From: an uncultured Clostridia bacterium
Lineage (GTDB): Bacteria; Acidobacteriota; Aminicenantia; UBA2199
Length of the DNA stretch: 64,000 bases
Assembly (NCBI GenBank): GCA_964502145.1
Contig: CAZCVI010000002.1
Location: 117,383 to 181,382, forward strand
Direction of reading: 5' to 3'
Positions 50,001 through 56,891 of this stretch are shown here, piece by piece. The first letter of the stretch is position 1. Each line of letters starts with the position of its first letter. The notes beneath the pieces are model-generated. The model made no database searches. It saw only the letters and a list, made by a program, of their open reading frames with translations, and was not told the DNA's origin. Both the position numbers and the translations under genes were made by a program.

Positions 50001-53000
50001 CGTGGGTGGCGATGGCGTCGGTGTTGTAGTCTTAAAAACTCTGGCACGGGCCCAGGTGGATGGCGATCATATTTATGCTGTCATCAAAGGTTCTGCCATT
50101 AATAATGATGGTATTGGCAAAGTAGGTTACCATGCCCCCAGCATCAATGGTCAGGCTGCCGCCATTCGCGCCGCGTGTGCCAATGCTGCCATTGATCCCG
50201 GTAGTATCGGTTATATTGAAACCCATGGGACCGGCACCCAGTTGGGGGACACCGTGGAGATAGAGGCATTAAAACTCGTTTTTAACGCCCTCGTCTTGCC
50301 CCAGCATAAAAATACCTGCGCTATCGGGTCAGTCAAAACCAATTTTGGTCACCTGGGCAGTGCCGCCGGGGTGGCTGGATTCATTAAGACCGTATTGACC
50401 TTAAAACACCGCCTCATTCCACCCAGCTTGCACTTTGAACGCCCCAACCCGAAGATTGATTTTGAAAACAGCCCCTTTTACGTCAACACCCAATTAACCC
50501 CGTGGCCCTCCACCCTTCTTCCCGCGCGGGCCAGTGTCAGTTCCTTTGGCATAGGCGGCACCAACGCCCATATTATTTTGGAAGCCGTGGCCCCTACCAG
50601 CCCCGCATTCCCCGCCAGCGCCCGTCCCGATCAATTGCTATTATTATCCGCCCGCACCCCCGCTGCCCTGCACACCATGTCCGTCAATCTGCTGGAGTAT
50701 TTAAAAGAAAACCCGGTGCTTTCCCTGGCCGATGTGGCCTACACCTTGCAAGTGGGCAGAAAGCGTATGGCAATCAGGAGAAAGCTGGTATGTTCCACTT
50801 CCGCCCAGGTGATTGACCAGCTTGCTGCTTCCGGGCCCGCCCATGTCGGCGCTTACACCGCCTTGGTCGCCGATGAAGATAGGAAAGTTATATTTATGTT
50901 CCCTGGTCTTGGTGCGCAGCACGTTAATATGGGGCGCGGGCTTTATCACACCGAACCCATCTTCCGCGATGTGATGGACCGTTGTTTTGCTATATTAAAA
51001 GACCTGTACCCCGTGGACATAAAAGAAATTCTGTACCCTGCCGGGGAAATCTCGCCGGCATCAAACAGCCAATTCCACTCCTTTGAAGTCGAGCAACTCG
51101 TGTTGTTTGTGTTTGAATATGCCTTGGCCAGACTCATTTTGTCGTGGGGCATTCAGCCCCATGCCATGATCGGTTACAGTTTTGGCGAGTATGTGGCCGC
51201 CTGTTTAGCCGGGGTGTTTCGCTTGCAGGATATCTTAAAGTTGCTGGTCGTCCGTGGGCGGCTCATTTCCCAGCTTCCCGCCGGTGCCATGTTAAGTGTT
51301 CCCCTGCCAGTGGAAGCCGTGCAGCCTTTTCTTCCCGCCGAATTATCCATCGCCATAGACAACCGTTCCTCCTGCGTAGTTTCCGGGCCCGCCCAGGCCG
51401 TGGCTTCCTTTGCTCAGCAGATGAAAGCCAAGAAGCTCTTGTGTCCGCCCTTTGAATCCCCCTTTGCCGCGCATTCGTCGCAGTTGGACCCCATATTGGC
51501 GGAGTTTCACAAGGAAGTCGCTACAATTTCCCTCCAGACCCCGCAAATACCCTATATTTCAACCTGTACTGGCACATGGATCACTGTTGCCGACGCGCAG
51601 TCCCCAGAGTATTGGGTCAAACAACTCAGGTCCACCGTTTATTTTGTCCGCGGTATTCATCAGATTATAGAAGGGGTCTCCCCGGTATTTCTAGAAATGG
51701 GCCCCGGACGCGACATGAGTGCCCTGGTGAACCGTGAGATCACCGCTAAAACCGGCATACAGACCATGAACCTCCTCCGTCATCGCGGTTCCTTAAAAGA
51801 GCGCACCGATGAAGATTACTTGCTGGATAAAATCGGTCGCTTATGGTTGTATGGCGTGAATATAGACTGGCAAGCCTATCATTCCGGCCAGAGACGAAGT
51901 CGTCTCTCATTGCCTACCTATCCCTTTGAGAAAAAGCGGGCCTGGAAAATTATGGAAAATTATCACGCCGGTCAATATTCCTATCTACCCGGCGCCCCCG
52001 GTGCGCCAGAGAGTTCGCACCCGGCCCAAGGAACACCTCTGGCAGAAACACCGGGTGATCATTGGACACAAGAGCCCCCCCATCTCGAATGGAATGCTAG
52101 GCCGCAACTTTCCACCTCATATGTCGCTCCCCGCGATGAGGTGCAACAAGTCCTGCTTGATATCTGGCAGCATTTTTTTGGTATTCAAGAGATCGGTATC
52201 ACCGATGATTTTTTTGAATTGGGTGGCGATTCATTAAAAGCCACCACCCTGTTATCCACCCTGCACAAGGAAGCCAATATACTCGTCCCCCTCACTTATT
52301 TCTTCGATAATCCTACCATTGAAAAAATCGCCGCTTATGCCATAACCAGTGAAAATGACGCAGACCCAGGCGAAAAAGAGTTCCATGCCATCCAACTTTT
52401 GGAACAGAAAGAGTATTACCCCCTCTCTTCCGCGCAAAAGCGCATGACCTTTTTTCAGCAGTTGGACCAGACCAGTATCGGATACAACCTGGTGCTGGCA
52501 AACACCATCCAGGGCAATCTGGATACCCTAAAACTGGCCGCCATATTCACCAAACTAAGCGCACGGCACGAGATTTTGCGTACCTCTATTGAAGAGATAC
52601 AGGGTGAAACCGTCCAAAGAATTCATCCACATATTGCTGCCACACTGATCACCGGTCATGGAGAGTCCCCCGAAGTATTTATCGCCCAGTTCATCCGTCC
52701 CTTTGATTTAGCCCGTGCCCCCCTCATGCGGGTCGGGTTGTTGTCTATGGCCGAGCAGCAGTATTTATTAATCGTCGACATGCATCATATCATCTCTGAT
52801 GGCACGTCATTGGCCGTATTGATCGGAGAGTTTTTGGCTCTGTATCAGGAAAAAGAGTTGCCTGTTCTGTTGTTGCAGTATAAAGATTACGCTGTCTGGC
52901 AGAACCAGGAAATGGCCGGTGGGTTGTTTGTTTCGCAGCGGGATTACTGGATAAAGACATTTGCCGGTGAAGTTCCCGTGCTTGAATTGCCTTATGATTG

Positions 53001-56000
53001 TATCAGGCCGTTGGATCGCACCTATGCTGGCGATCTGTTGGCCTTTGAAATTGATCGTGCAGAGACTTCGGCGTTAAATCATTTCGCCAGTCAGCAGGGG
53101 GTCACATTGTACATGGTGTTGCTCTGCTTAACCACTATCCTTTTAGCCAAGTTAAGTGGTCAGGAAACCGTGGTCGTAGGAACTCCCATTGCCGGTCGTA
53201 CCCATGCGGACCTGGGCCGGATTATCGGCATGTTTGTCAATACCCTGGCCATGAAGAATGAACCCAATGGCCAAAAAACTATCCAGGAATTTTTAAAGGA
53301 AGTCAAAGAAAACACCTTGAGTGCTTTTGCCAACCAGAACTACCAGTATGAAGAACTGGTCGAGCACCTGCCCATAGATCGCAGTCTAGGCCATAACCCC
53401 TTGTTTGACACCCTGTTGGTCTTGCAAAACATGGCTCTGCCCAATATCAATATTCCCGAATTGACCTTAACACCCTATCCGTATCATACCGGTTTGGTAA
53501 ATTTTGATTTGACTTTCCTGTGTGTTGAAACCCCAGCTACCCTCTCGTTCACCCTTGAATACAGTACAGAACTCTTTAAAAAAGAAACCGCCCAACGCTT
53601 TATCGGTTTTTTCAAAAAGATATTAACCACCGTATTGGCGCACCCCGAAGGAAAAATATCCCAGATCGAGATAATATCCCAGCCAGAAAAAACCCAGATT
53701 TTATATGATTTCAACAACACCACCGTTACATACCCGGCCAACCAAACCCTTCCCCAATTATTTTCCGACCAAGCCGCACGAACCCCAGACCATATCGCCA
53801 TTATTGGTCCCACCCTGGCTCTAACCCACTGCCAATTAACCTACTCCCAATTAAACGAAGCATCCAATCGCCTCGCCCATTGGTTACTTTCCACTGGCGT
53901 CCGTCCCAATACCATCGTCGCCATCATGATCGAACGTTCCATTGAATTGATCATCGGCATTATCGGCATATTAGAATCCGGTGCCGCCTATCTTCCCATC
54001 GATCCCCAATACCCCGAGGAGCGAAAACAATATATACTAGCAGACAGCAATACAACCCTCATCCTAACCCAACACTCCATCCAACAAGCCATTCCCATCA
54101 CTCCCATCACTCCCAACACTCCCATAATTCCCATACTTCCCATCACTCCCATAAATCTCGCCTATATCATCTACACTTCCGGTTCCACCGGCAGACCCAA
54201 GGGCGTCATGGTAGACCATCACAGCATCGCCAACACCTTGTATTACCGCTGCCAGGAATATCGTATCGTGCCCAGTGATCGTGTACTCCAATTGTTTTCC
54301 TTTGCTTTTGATGGATTTCTCACCTCTTGTTTTACCCCCCTGCTTTCTGGCGCATCTGTCGTGCAGTTAAGCCAGGAGGACATAAAAGATATCTTCCGTA
54401 TCAAAGAGATGATTGTCGCCCAACGAATCACCCACTTTATCGCTGTCCCGTCCCTGTACCGCTCTTTATTGGAAGTCGCCACTGCCCTTGAGTTATCCCA
54501 CCTAAAAATCGTAACCCTTGCCGGTGAGCAGGTGCCCCCCGACCTCGTGGTAAAAAGTAAGTCTTTAAACCCCTTGTTGGAATTGGTCAATGAGTACGGT
54601 CCCACCGAGAGCAGTGTCCTGACCTCCATACACAGAAACCTCGAACCCGGTGCCATTATTTCCATCGGTAAACCCATAGCCAATACCCGGATTTATATTC
54701 TTGATCAAGATGATCATGTTGCCCCCATCGGGTTACCCGGTCAACTCGTTATATCTGGTCTTGGTTTGGCCCGCGGGTATCTCAATAATCCCCAACTCAC
54801 CGCCGCTACATTTTTCTCTTTAGCCCATTCAGCCACCTTCGCCACCCTCTCACCAAAACTCTATAAGAGCGGTGATTTGGCCCGCTGGTTGCCAGATGGA
54901 AACATAGAGTTCCTCGGTCGCATTGATCAGCAGGTTAAAATCCGTGGCTTCCGTATTGAATTGGGCGAGATCGAAAACCAACTGCTTCGCCATCCCCAGA
55001 TCAAAGAGGCAGTAGTGGATGTTAGAACCGAAAACAGCGGCGATCACTATTTATGCGCTTATATTGTCACCCAGGGCGAATGGGACATCTCCCAGGCAAG
55101 AGAATATCTGGCCAAGACCTTACCCGATTACATGATTCCCGCGCATTTTGTCGCCTTGGAGAAAATCCCCTTGTCCCCCACTGGCAAGATTCTACGTTCA
55201 GCCTTACCCCAACCGCAATTAAAAAGCGCGGCCCAGTACGTGCCCCCCCGCAATGACATAGAACAACAATTGGTAGAGATATGGACCGAGATTTTGGGCA
55301 GTGATCCATTGTTTGCCTCTTTTTTACATCCCTCTATAGGCATTGATGATAACTTTTTCCATCTCGGTGGGCACTCCTTAAAAGCCATGACCATGGTCAC
55401 CAAGCTCCATAAAGCCCTAAATGTTAAAGTGCCCTTGGTGGAAGTCTTTAAAACCTTGACCATCAGGAAACTGGCCGCCTATATTTTAGGTTTAAAAAAA
55501 GAGTTATACACCGCCATCCAACCCGCTGAAACCAGAGAGTATTATGACTTATCCTCTGCCCAGCGCCGGTTTTATATCTTGCAGCAAATGGAGCTGGACA
55601 GTTTTGCCTACAACAATTTTTCCGTCATGGTTTTGGACGGATTATTTGATAAAGAGAAATTTGGCCACGCGTTAAACCAATTGATCGCCAGACATGACAG
55701 TTTAAGAACCTCTTTTGAATTAATCGGAGGTGAACCTTTCCAAAAGATACATCAACAAGTAGTCGCGGAAATCGCTTATTTTGATTTCACCCCTCCCGGA
55801 AAAAGTCAGCTCTTAGAATCCACCATCCAACATTTTAACCGTCCTTTTGATTTATCTCATGCCCCCTTGCTCAGGTTCGGCATTATTCTCGTGGAGCAGC
55901 AAAAATCCTTGTTGCTGTTAAGCCTCCACCATATCATCAGTGACGGCACATCCATCGGCACCTTTATGAACGAGTTAATTTATTTATACCTGGGCCGAGA

Positions 56001-56889
56001 ACTCCCACCCCTGCGATTGCAATATCACGATTTCTCCCAGTGGCAAAAAAACCTCCTGGTTTCCGGGGCATTAAAGACCCAGGAAGAATACTGGTTAAAA
56101 GTTTTTGCCGGGGAACTGCCCGTTCTTGAAATGCCCACCGATTACCCCAGACCAGCCGTGCAAAGTTTTGCCGGTCACAGTATCGATTTCTTTCTGGAGG
56201 AAGATGTCGCCCGGCAGTTGGAAACCCTGGTGAAAGAAACTGGCACCACGTTATATATTTTGTTATTGGCCCTGTACAGTATCTTGTTAAGCAAATTTAC
56301 CGGGCAGAAAGACATCATCATCGGCTCTCCTATTGCCGGGCGCAACCACGCTGATTTAGAAGGGCTGATCGGGTTATTCATTGAGACCATCGTGATCCGC
56401 TGTTTTCCCCTCGGAGATAAACCCTTTTTGGAATTCTTGGCAGAGGTGAAAAGCAATACCTTTAATGCCTATGAGAACCAGGGTTATCCCTTCGGGGAAT
56501 TATTAAAGCACGTGGGCACCCAGCAGTGGGATGGCAGTCGGAACCCCTTGTTTGATGCCATGTTAATTGTTCAGAATGTCACCCAGGATTTTAAAGTGAT
56601 GTTATTGGAAGATGTAAAGATCAGCCCTTATGTGGCCAGTGACCACCGGGTCTCTAAAATGGATATTACCCTGGAGGTCATCGAAGCCCCCGGCAGAATT
56701 CATTGTAACCTGGAATACTGTACCGCGCTATTCACACACGAGACCATGGCAGCCTTTATCGCTTCTTTTCAGAAAATCGTGGCCATTGTTTTAGAAAATA
56801 ATAACATAAGATTGCAAGACATCCAATTGTCCCATGAATTAAAAGGTGCCACCGCCTCTATTTACGATGACGCCGAAATAGAGTTTTAA
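38071..56889 (+). CDS. Hybrid NRPS-PKS megasynthetase (6272 aa): C-A-T-C-A(rSAM/B12-interrupted)-T-C-A-T-KS-AT-ACP-C-A-T-C
   Basis: A GGTGA RBS. Condensation domains have HHxxxDG at 38503, 41737, 46492, 52789 and 55927. A-domain motifs YTSGTTGKPKG are at 39903, 44783, 47908 and 54172, with PxGKxDR ends. T-domain motifs GGHSL/GGNSM are at 41104, 45961, 49081 and 55366. KS motifs are NTACSTSL (49807), HGTGT and NFGH. AT has GYSFGE (51171). ACP has GGDSL (52222). The protein ends in a C domain. Confidence 0.9.
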   Translation: MSQLERKKIADILMLTHLQEGILFHYLQEPKSAQYFEQLSLEISGEINLELFKTAWHTVIQTNEMLRTVFRWEKMEKPTQIILKEHTCDITFYDLTDEATNRQKSRLQEIKDKDKQTPFDLQEVPMRIMLCKLGTHDYEMIISNHHIIYDGWSNGIILKEFFRAYYGLSAGKPALLPDKPSFKEFIKWLQNEDKYEKDKQKAFWRDYLAGLDGQTELPLKNIKNRKNTGSKQVEHYSLVLEPELKERLEAFAKTKRFTLAGVFYTVWGLLLHQYCNSQDVLFGTTVAGRSARIKGIEEMVGLFINTIPLRIQTTPGEKMVAVVSGVDHALQARELFENTPLLDIRNYSGLSGYVSLFDTLVVIENYPLDSRLLPEESGLSVHAFTIAEMTHYDLTVGIVLFNEIAVTFSYNPELFAQEMIAHLAGHFLSLVQMIIENGEQDICAIEIISPEEKHRVLYEFNNTAAEYPSNKTIPQLFMEQSARTPDYIALIWEKSGACHISYAELNELSNRLAYWLQTEGIRPDTIVAIMVNRSIEMIVGLMGILKAGAAYLPINPEYPAERIQFMLQDSTAKIVLTEPIIQATTSHIPIPPIIPIIPIPPITPSNLAYVIYTSGTTGKPKGVLVEHQNAVNVVCWLGRKYQLNPDTHIILMSDYTFDASIDQIFGALLHGASLYIASKEFMLDMDALRHYINKNRINFINFVPLVLNELLGYREKLPSLNTVISGAERLDDTIKDNILKRGYHLYNHYGPTETTVETLVFTCTDAPVYLGKPIANTKIYILDQWEHIVPIGVPGELYIAGAGLARGYLNRSDLTAEKFVATPHGVENDPVSRTYRTGDLGCWLPDGNIAFLGRIDQQVKIRGFRVELGEIEAQLRTFPEIKQVVVSAKEDNRGDKTLCAYIVSRQLSTGPTAPLDPAVLTTYLAGILPDYMIPAYYVQLAEIPLLPNGKVDRKNLPEPVFIATQAYQEPRHELDRRLQTIWTSVLFGNVLSEDSSAPPPKPIGIDDNFFHMGGHSLKIMNMAAKIHKELNLEIPVQELFTHPTIRVLANYINTREHTKNITKNNFAEIAAIEVKEYYPLSSAQKRVYILYLMETDSINYNMHEVFRLEGELDVGRLEKSFTQLIRRHESLRTSFFLLHDEPVQKIVAASDVPFASEFFDPNEKDTLVEPALNDTALMENTTVYDINQRFLRPFDLTQAPLFRVGLIKIAKNSHILMAGMHHIISDGISIDLFITDFVALYRGQNLPPLPIQYKEYAHWQHQKKAQGAFNSQRSYWLHEFAGELPVLTMPYDFPRPAVQSFAGDKYYFNLPAYETKTLIKRCQEEAVTLFMMLSAIYYVMLWKLSGAEEIVVGSPTAGRRHADLESILGMFVNTLAVKTSPAKETRFKPFLAQVKQKNLAAFENQEYQFDDLVEELLPARDLGRNPLFDMMFILQNMTGTTNTAINIPGLKITRLPFETHIAPFDFYLMAEERQESIYFTVGYCTKLFTLETVRRFMGYYREILATVVTQPEVELARIDILSPAEKRQLVQEFNNTQRPYPQGQTIPQWFAEQAARTPEAIAVVGEGVITYRELNQRANQLAHLLRQKGVAPDTIVALFMFRSIQMVVGILGILKAGGAYLPINPVYPGQRVLSILEDSGGNYFISDEKTSRPLSFTGLQRLDVPEVTPLVTAKRPQITNFDSLPHPDRTLIDYSKYHRYIGIAPAKYTVSIQATRGCPYQCAYCHKIWPKTHVMRRAEDIFAEISACYQAGVKRFVFIDDVFNLNKKNSGQLFQTLIDHHYDVQLFFPNGLRGDILTPDFIDLMIEAGTVNIDLALETASPRLQKLINKQLNLEKFAANVHYITQKHPHVVLEMEMMIGFPTETEAEALQTLELLQSFKWVHFPNLNILKIYPNTDMAQLAIENGVSRKLIHSSTTLAFHELPETLPFSKDFVREYQARFTNQYFLSQERLRHVLKQQVKSFTADELVQKYDSYLPVEIKSFADILKCADISSAALGPIEFIPEARFAAPDFNQRIKAFFPSRPSSENAFRLLFLDLSQSFRADMGHTLYDVGAEPLGLMYLASYLQEQLGPHVRVKVLKSRIDFDSYAQLQEQITLFQPHLIGLRTLSLYKDFFHRTVSLLRQWGITAPIIAGGPYATSDYKQMLQDPHIHLAVLGEGEATTLHLVKEMMTKNNTWPADDVLETIPGLAFIRQSERMLTTAPQRQVLLLDQISGPLAHFPTTNPQNVNHPGDLLYLISTSGSTGKPKSVMVEHRTLVNLLHFQFHHTAIHFSRVLQFAAIGFDVSVQEIFSALLAGGTLYLPDEDMKSDVPRLFQFIQQNQIEILFLPPAFLNFVFSDPDYIPLFPDCVRHIIAAGEQLIVNEALRLFLKQRHVYLHNHYGPSETHVVTTLTMDPTQEIPHFPGIGSPVSNTGIYILDSQSNLLPLGVSGELNIGGIQVGRGYLGNVALTAEKFVPNPFVPGDRLYRTGDMARWWSNGSIQFLGRLDFQIKIRGFRIEPGEIEGQLKKHPDIKETIVLALADNKGELYLVAYVVLQPQTTMPLLREFLLNRLPDYMVPAHFIPLARIPLNASGKVDRHALPPPENTPGNGHVAPRDPMEKKLAAIWCTVLGKDVAQDTVSIDDNFFQMGGHSLKATALTSRLAKEFHVKVPLVEIFKEPTIRGLSGYIAHSMVEQYAGITPVEEQEYYPLSSAQKRLHFLQQMDKAGTTYHLTSNWLLEGVVAKNHLEQSLLKLLQRHESLRTSFDIIAEEPVQIIHPKLAFVIEDEHATMDSFLRPFALSHAPLLRVGLVKIAAEKFLLLVDMHHIISDGLSMDILSREFTALLAGVELPPLRLQYKDYAAWQSSEKESPHFRQQELFWQQEFSGAIPVLDLPVDYSRPPVQSFAGASLPFALSRDSVVSLQAIAVEASATMYMVLLTCYTIFLAKMSNQEDIVIGTPIAGRRHADLEKIIGMFVNTLVLRNYPVAEKKFSDFLAEVKERTLKAFENQEYPYEDLVDKVTITRDVCRNPLFDTMFVLQNATPPPVDIPGLKIAPVPQENKTAKFDLTLTAVETPEKIELNFEYCTKLFKKESIHRFITYFTNIIDSVLADPFIVLGQIPLLSPAQREQLLVEINAPAIRYPNFKTIQGLFAEQVKKTPDRPALTGIRYDQAETHLTYRQLDQLSRQLAHQLTGRGLGPNKRAAIMVGRNVEMIIAILGIIQAGAAYVPLDPQAPVERLHYVLADCGAELLLTFRPLAARLAPAIDTLYLEEFTTLPATPPDAVLSGHPDDLAYIIYTSGSTGRPKGVPICHRNVSPLLFWGYRYLGICRLDRVIQSPSYYFDWSVWEIFITLTSGAHLVMISEELVLDPPALVEFIRQHAITTLHITPTQLSYLVNSRRPMLSLHHLCIGAEKLTYDLVARALPLLATDCRIYNMYGPTEATIISAVAEIDREQIPFYLKLPSIPIGHTIANTTLFVLDHSMNPCPIHVVGELYIAGDALARGYLNDPEKTVASFVTNPFAEICGPYLYKTGDRVRRLEDGSILFLGRADDQVKIRGYRIELGEIENWLLHYPHVKDALVLVKADHLQEKYLCAYVACPIELDTAELRDFLAARLPAYMIPAHFITLEHMPLNPNGKVDKKRLPLPEMQTSPQVVAPKNDLEKTILSIWQDVLGLDHVGTTDNYFERGGNSMNIVKVSHRLKSVLNRDIPVMDLFRYPTIKTLAAYLNQSPGHVPFTPSEIGESLLLNQPEIPRHESVSTTPAIAVIGMAGRLPGANTISAFWNNLKHGVESIAFFSPAEFADNGGDPRSVNLPNYVKTRCDLQDIQYFDSSFFGYTPVEAEIIDPQMRLFHECVWEAFEDAGYESGSYAGRIGLYSGGESSSFWETLTSLSQIGQLMNPLILGNLNNKDYLSSRIAYKFNLRGPSVTMNTACSTSLVAIHFAVQGLLNRECEIALAGGVRVMLPGKTGYLYQEGMIQSPDGHCRAFDARANGTVGGDGVGVVVLKTLARAQVDGDHIYAVIKGSAINNDGIGKVGYHAPSINGQAAAIRAACANAAIDPGSIGYIETHGTGTQLGDTVEIEALKLVFNALVLPQHKNTCAIGSVKTNFGHLGSAAGVAGFIKTVLTLKHRLIPPSLHFERPNPKIDFENSPFYVNTQLTPWPSTLLPARASVSSFGIGGTNAHIILEAVAPTSPAFPASARPDQLLLLSARTPAALHTMSVNLLEYLKENPVLSLADVAYTLQVGRKRMAIRRKLVCSTSAQVIDQLAASGPAHVGAYTALVADEDRKVIFMFPGLGAQHVNMGRGLYHTEPIFRDVMDRCFAILKDLYPVDIKEILYPAGEISPASNSQFHSFEVEQLVLFVFEYALARLILSWGIQPHAMIGYSFGEYVAACLAGVFRLQDILKLLVVRGRLISQLPAGAMLSVPLPVEAVQPFLPAELSIAIDNRSSCVVSGPAQAVASFAQQMKAKKLLCPPFESPFAAHSSQLDPILAEFHKEVATISLQTPQIPYISTCTGTWITVADAQSPEYWVKQLRSTVYFVRGIHQIIEGVSPVFLEMGPGRDMSALVNREITAKTGIQTMNLLRHRGSLKERTDEDYLLDKIGRLWLYGVNIDWQAYHSGQRRSRLSLPTYPFEKKRAWKIMENYHAGQYSYLPGAPGAPESSHPAQGTPLAETPGDHWTQEPPHLEWNARPQLSTSYVAPRDEVQQVLLDIWQHFFGIQEIGITDDFFELGGDSLKATTLLSTLHKEANILVPLTYFFDNPTIEKIAAYAITSENDADPGEKEFHAIQLLEQKEYYPLSSAQKRMTFFQQLDQTSIGYNLVLANTIQGNLDTLKLAAIFTKLSARHEILRTSIEEIQGETVQRIHPHIAATLITGHGESPEVFIAQFIRPFDLARAPLMRVGLLSMAEQQYLLIVDMHHIISDGTSLAVLIGEFLALYQEKELPVLLLQYKDYAVWQNQEMAGGLFVSQRDYWIKTFAGEVPVLELPYDCIRPLDRTYAGDLLAFEIDRAETSALNHFASQQGVTLYMVLLCLTTILLAKLSGQETVVVGTPIAGRTHADLGRIIGMFVNTLAMKNEPNGQKTIQEFLKEVKENTLSAFANQNYQYEELVEHLPIDRSLGHNPLFDTLLVLQNMALPNINIPELTLTPYPYHTGLVNFDLTFLCVETPATLSFTLEYSTELFKKETAQRFIGFFKKILTTVLAHPEGKISQIEIISQPEKTQILYDFNNTTVTYPANQTLPQLFSDQAARTPDHIAIIGPTLALTHCQLTYSQLNEASNRLAHWLLSTGVRPNTIVAIMIERSIELIIGIIGILESGAAYLPIDPQYPEERKQYILADSNTTLILTQHSIQQAIPITPITPNTPIIPILPITPINLAYIIYTSGSTGRPKGVMVDHHSIANTLYYRCQEYRIVPSDRVLQLFSFAFDGFLTSCFTPLLSGASVVQLSQEDIKDIFRIKEMIVAQRITHFIAVPSLYRSLLEVATALELSHLKIVTLAGEQVPPDLVVKSKSLNPLLELVNEYGPTESSVLTSIHRNLEPGAIISIGKPIANTRIYILDQDDHVAPIGLPGQLVISGLGLARGYLNNPQLTAATFFSLAHSATFATLSPKLYKSGDLARWLPDGNIEFLGRIDQQVKIRGFRIELGEIENQLLRHPQIKEAVVDVRTENSGDHYLCAYIVTQGEWDISQAREYLAKTLPDYMIPAHFVALEKIPLSPTGKILRSALPQPQLKSAAQYVPPRNDIEQQLVEIWTEILGSDPLFASFLHPSIGIDDNFFHLGGHSLKAMTMVTKLHKALNVKVPLVEVFKTLTIRKLAAYILGLKKELYTAIQPAETREYYDLSSAQRRFYILQQMELDSFAYNNFSVMVLDGLFDKEKFGHALNQLIARHDSLRTSFELIGGEPFQKIHQQVVAEIAYFDFTPPGKSQLLESTIQHFNRPFDLSHAPLLRFGIILVEQQKSLLLLSLHHIISDGTSIGTFMNELIYLYLGRELPPLRLQYHDFSQWQKNLLVSGALKTQEEYWLKVFAGELPVLEMPTDYPRPAVQSFAGHSIDFFLEEDVARQLETLVKETGTTLYILLLALYSILLSKFTGQKDIIIGSPIAGRNHADLEGLIGLFIETIVIRCFPLGDKPFLEFLAEVKSNTFNAYENQGYPFGELLKHVGTQQWDGSRNPLFDAMLIVQNVTQDFKVMLLEDVKISPYVASDHRVSKMDITLEVIEAPGRIHCNLEYCTALFTHETMAAFIASFQKIVAIVLENNNIRLQDIQLSHELKGATASIYDDAEIEF
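43010..44760 (+). other. Insert within the module-2 A domain (between core motifs A2 and A3): radical SAM core followed by a cobalamin-binding-like domain
   Basis: A2 LKAGGAYLPIN at 42910-42945. Then TRGCPYQCAYCHK (CxxxCxxC, 43222-43245) with GVKRFVFIDD / NIDLALETAS rSAM-like elements. Then LLFLDLSQ...YLASYL...PHLIGLRTLS...APIIAGGPYATS...LAVLGEGE (44465-44552). Then A3 LISTSGSTGKPKS at 44783. Confidence 0.7.
49304..52340 (+). other. Embedded PKS module KS-AT-ACP within gene 1
   Basis: KS 49304-~50590, AT ~50880-51790 and ACP ~52150-52340. Confidence 0.85.
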
Positions 56890-56891
56890 CA

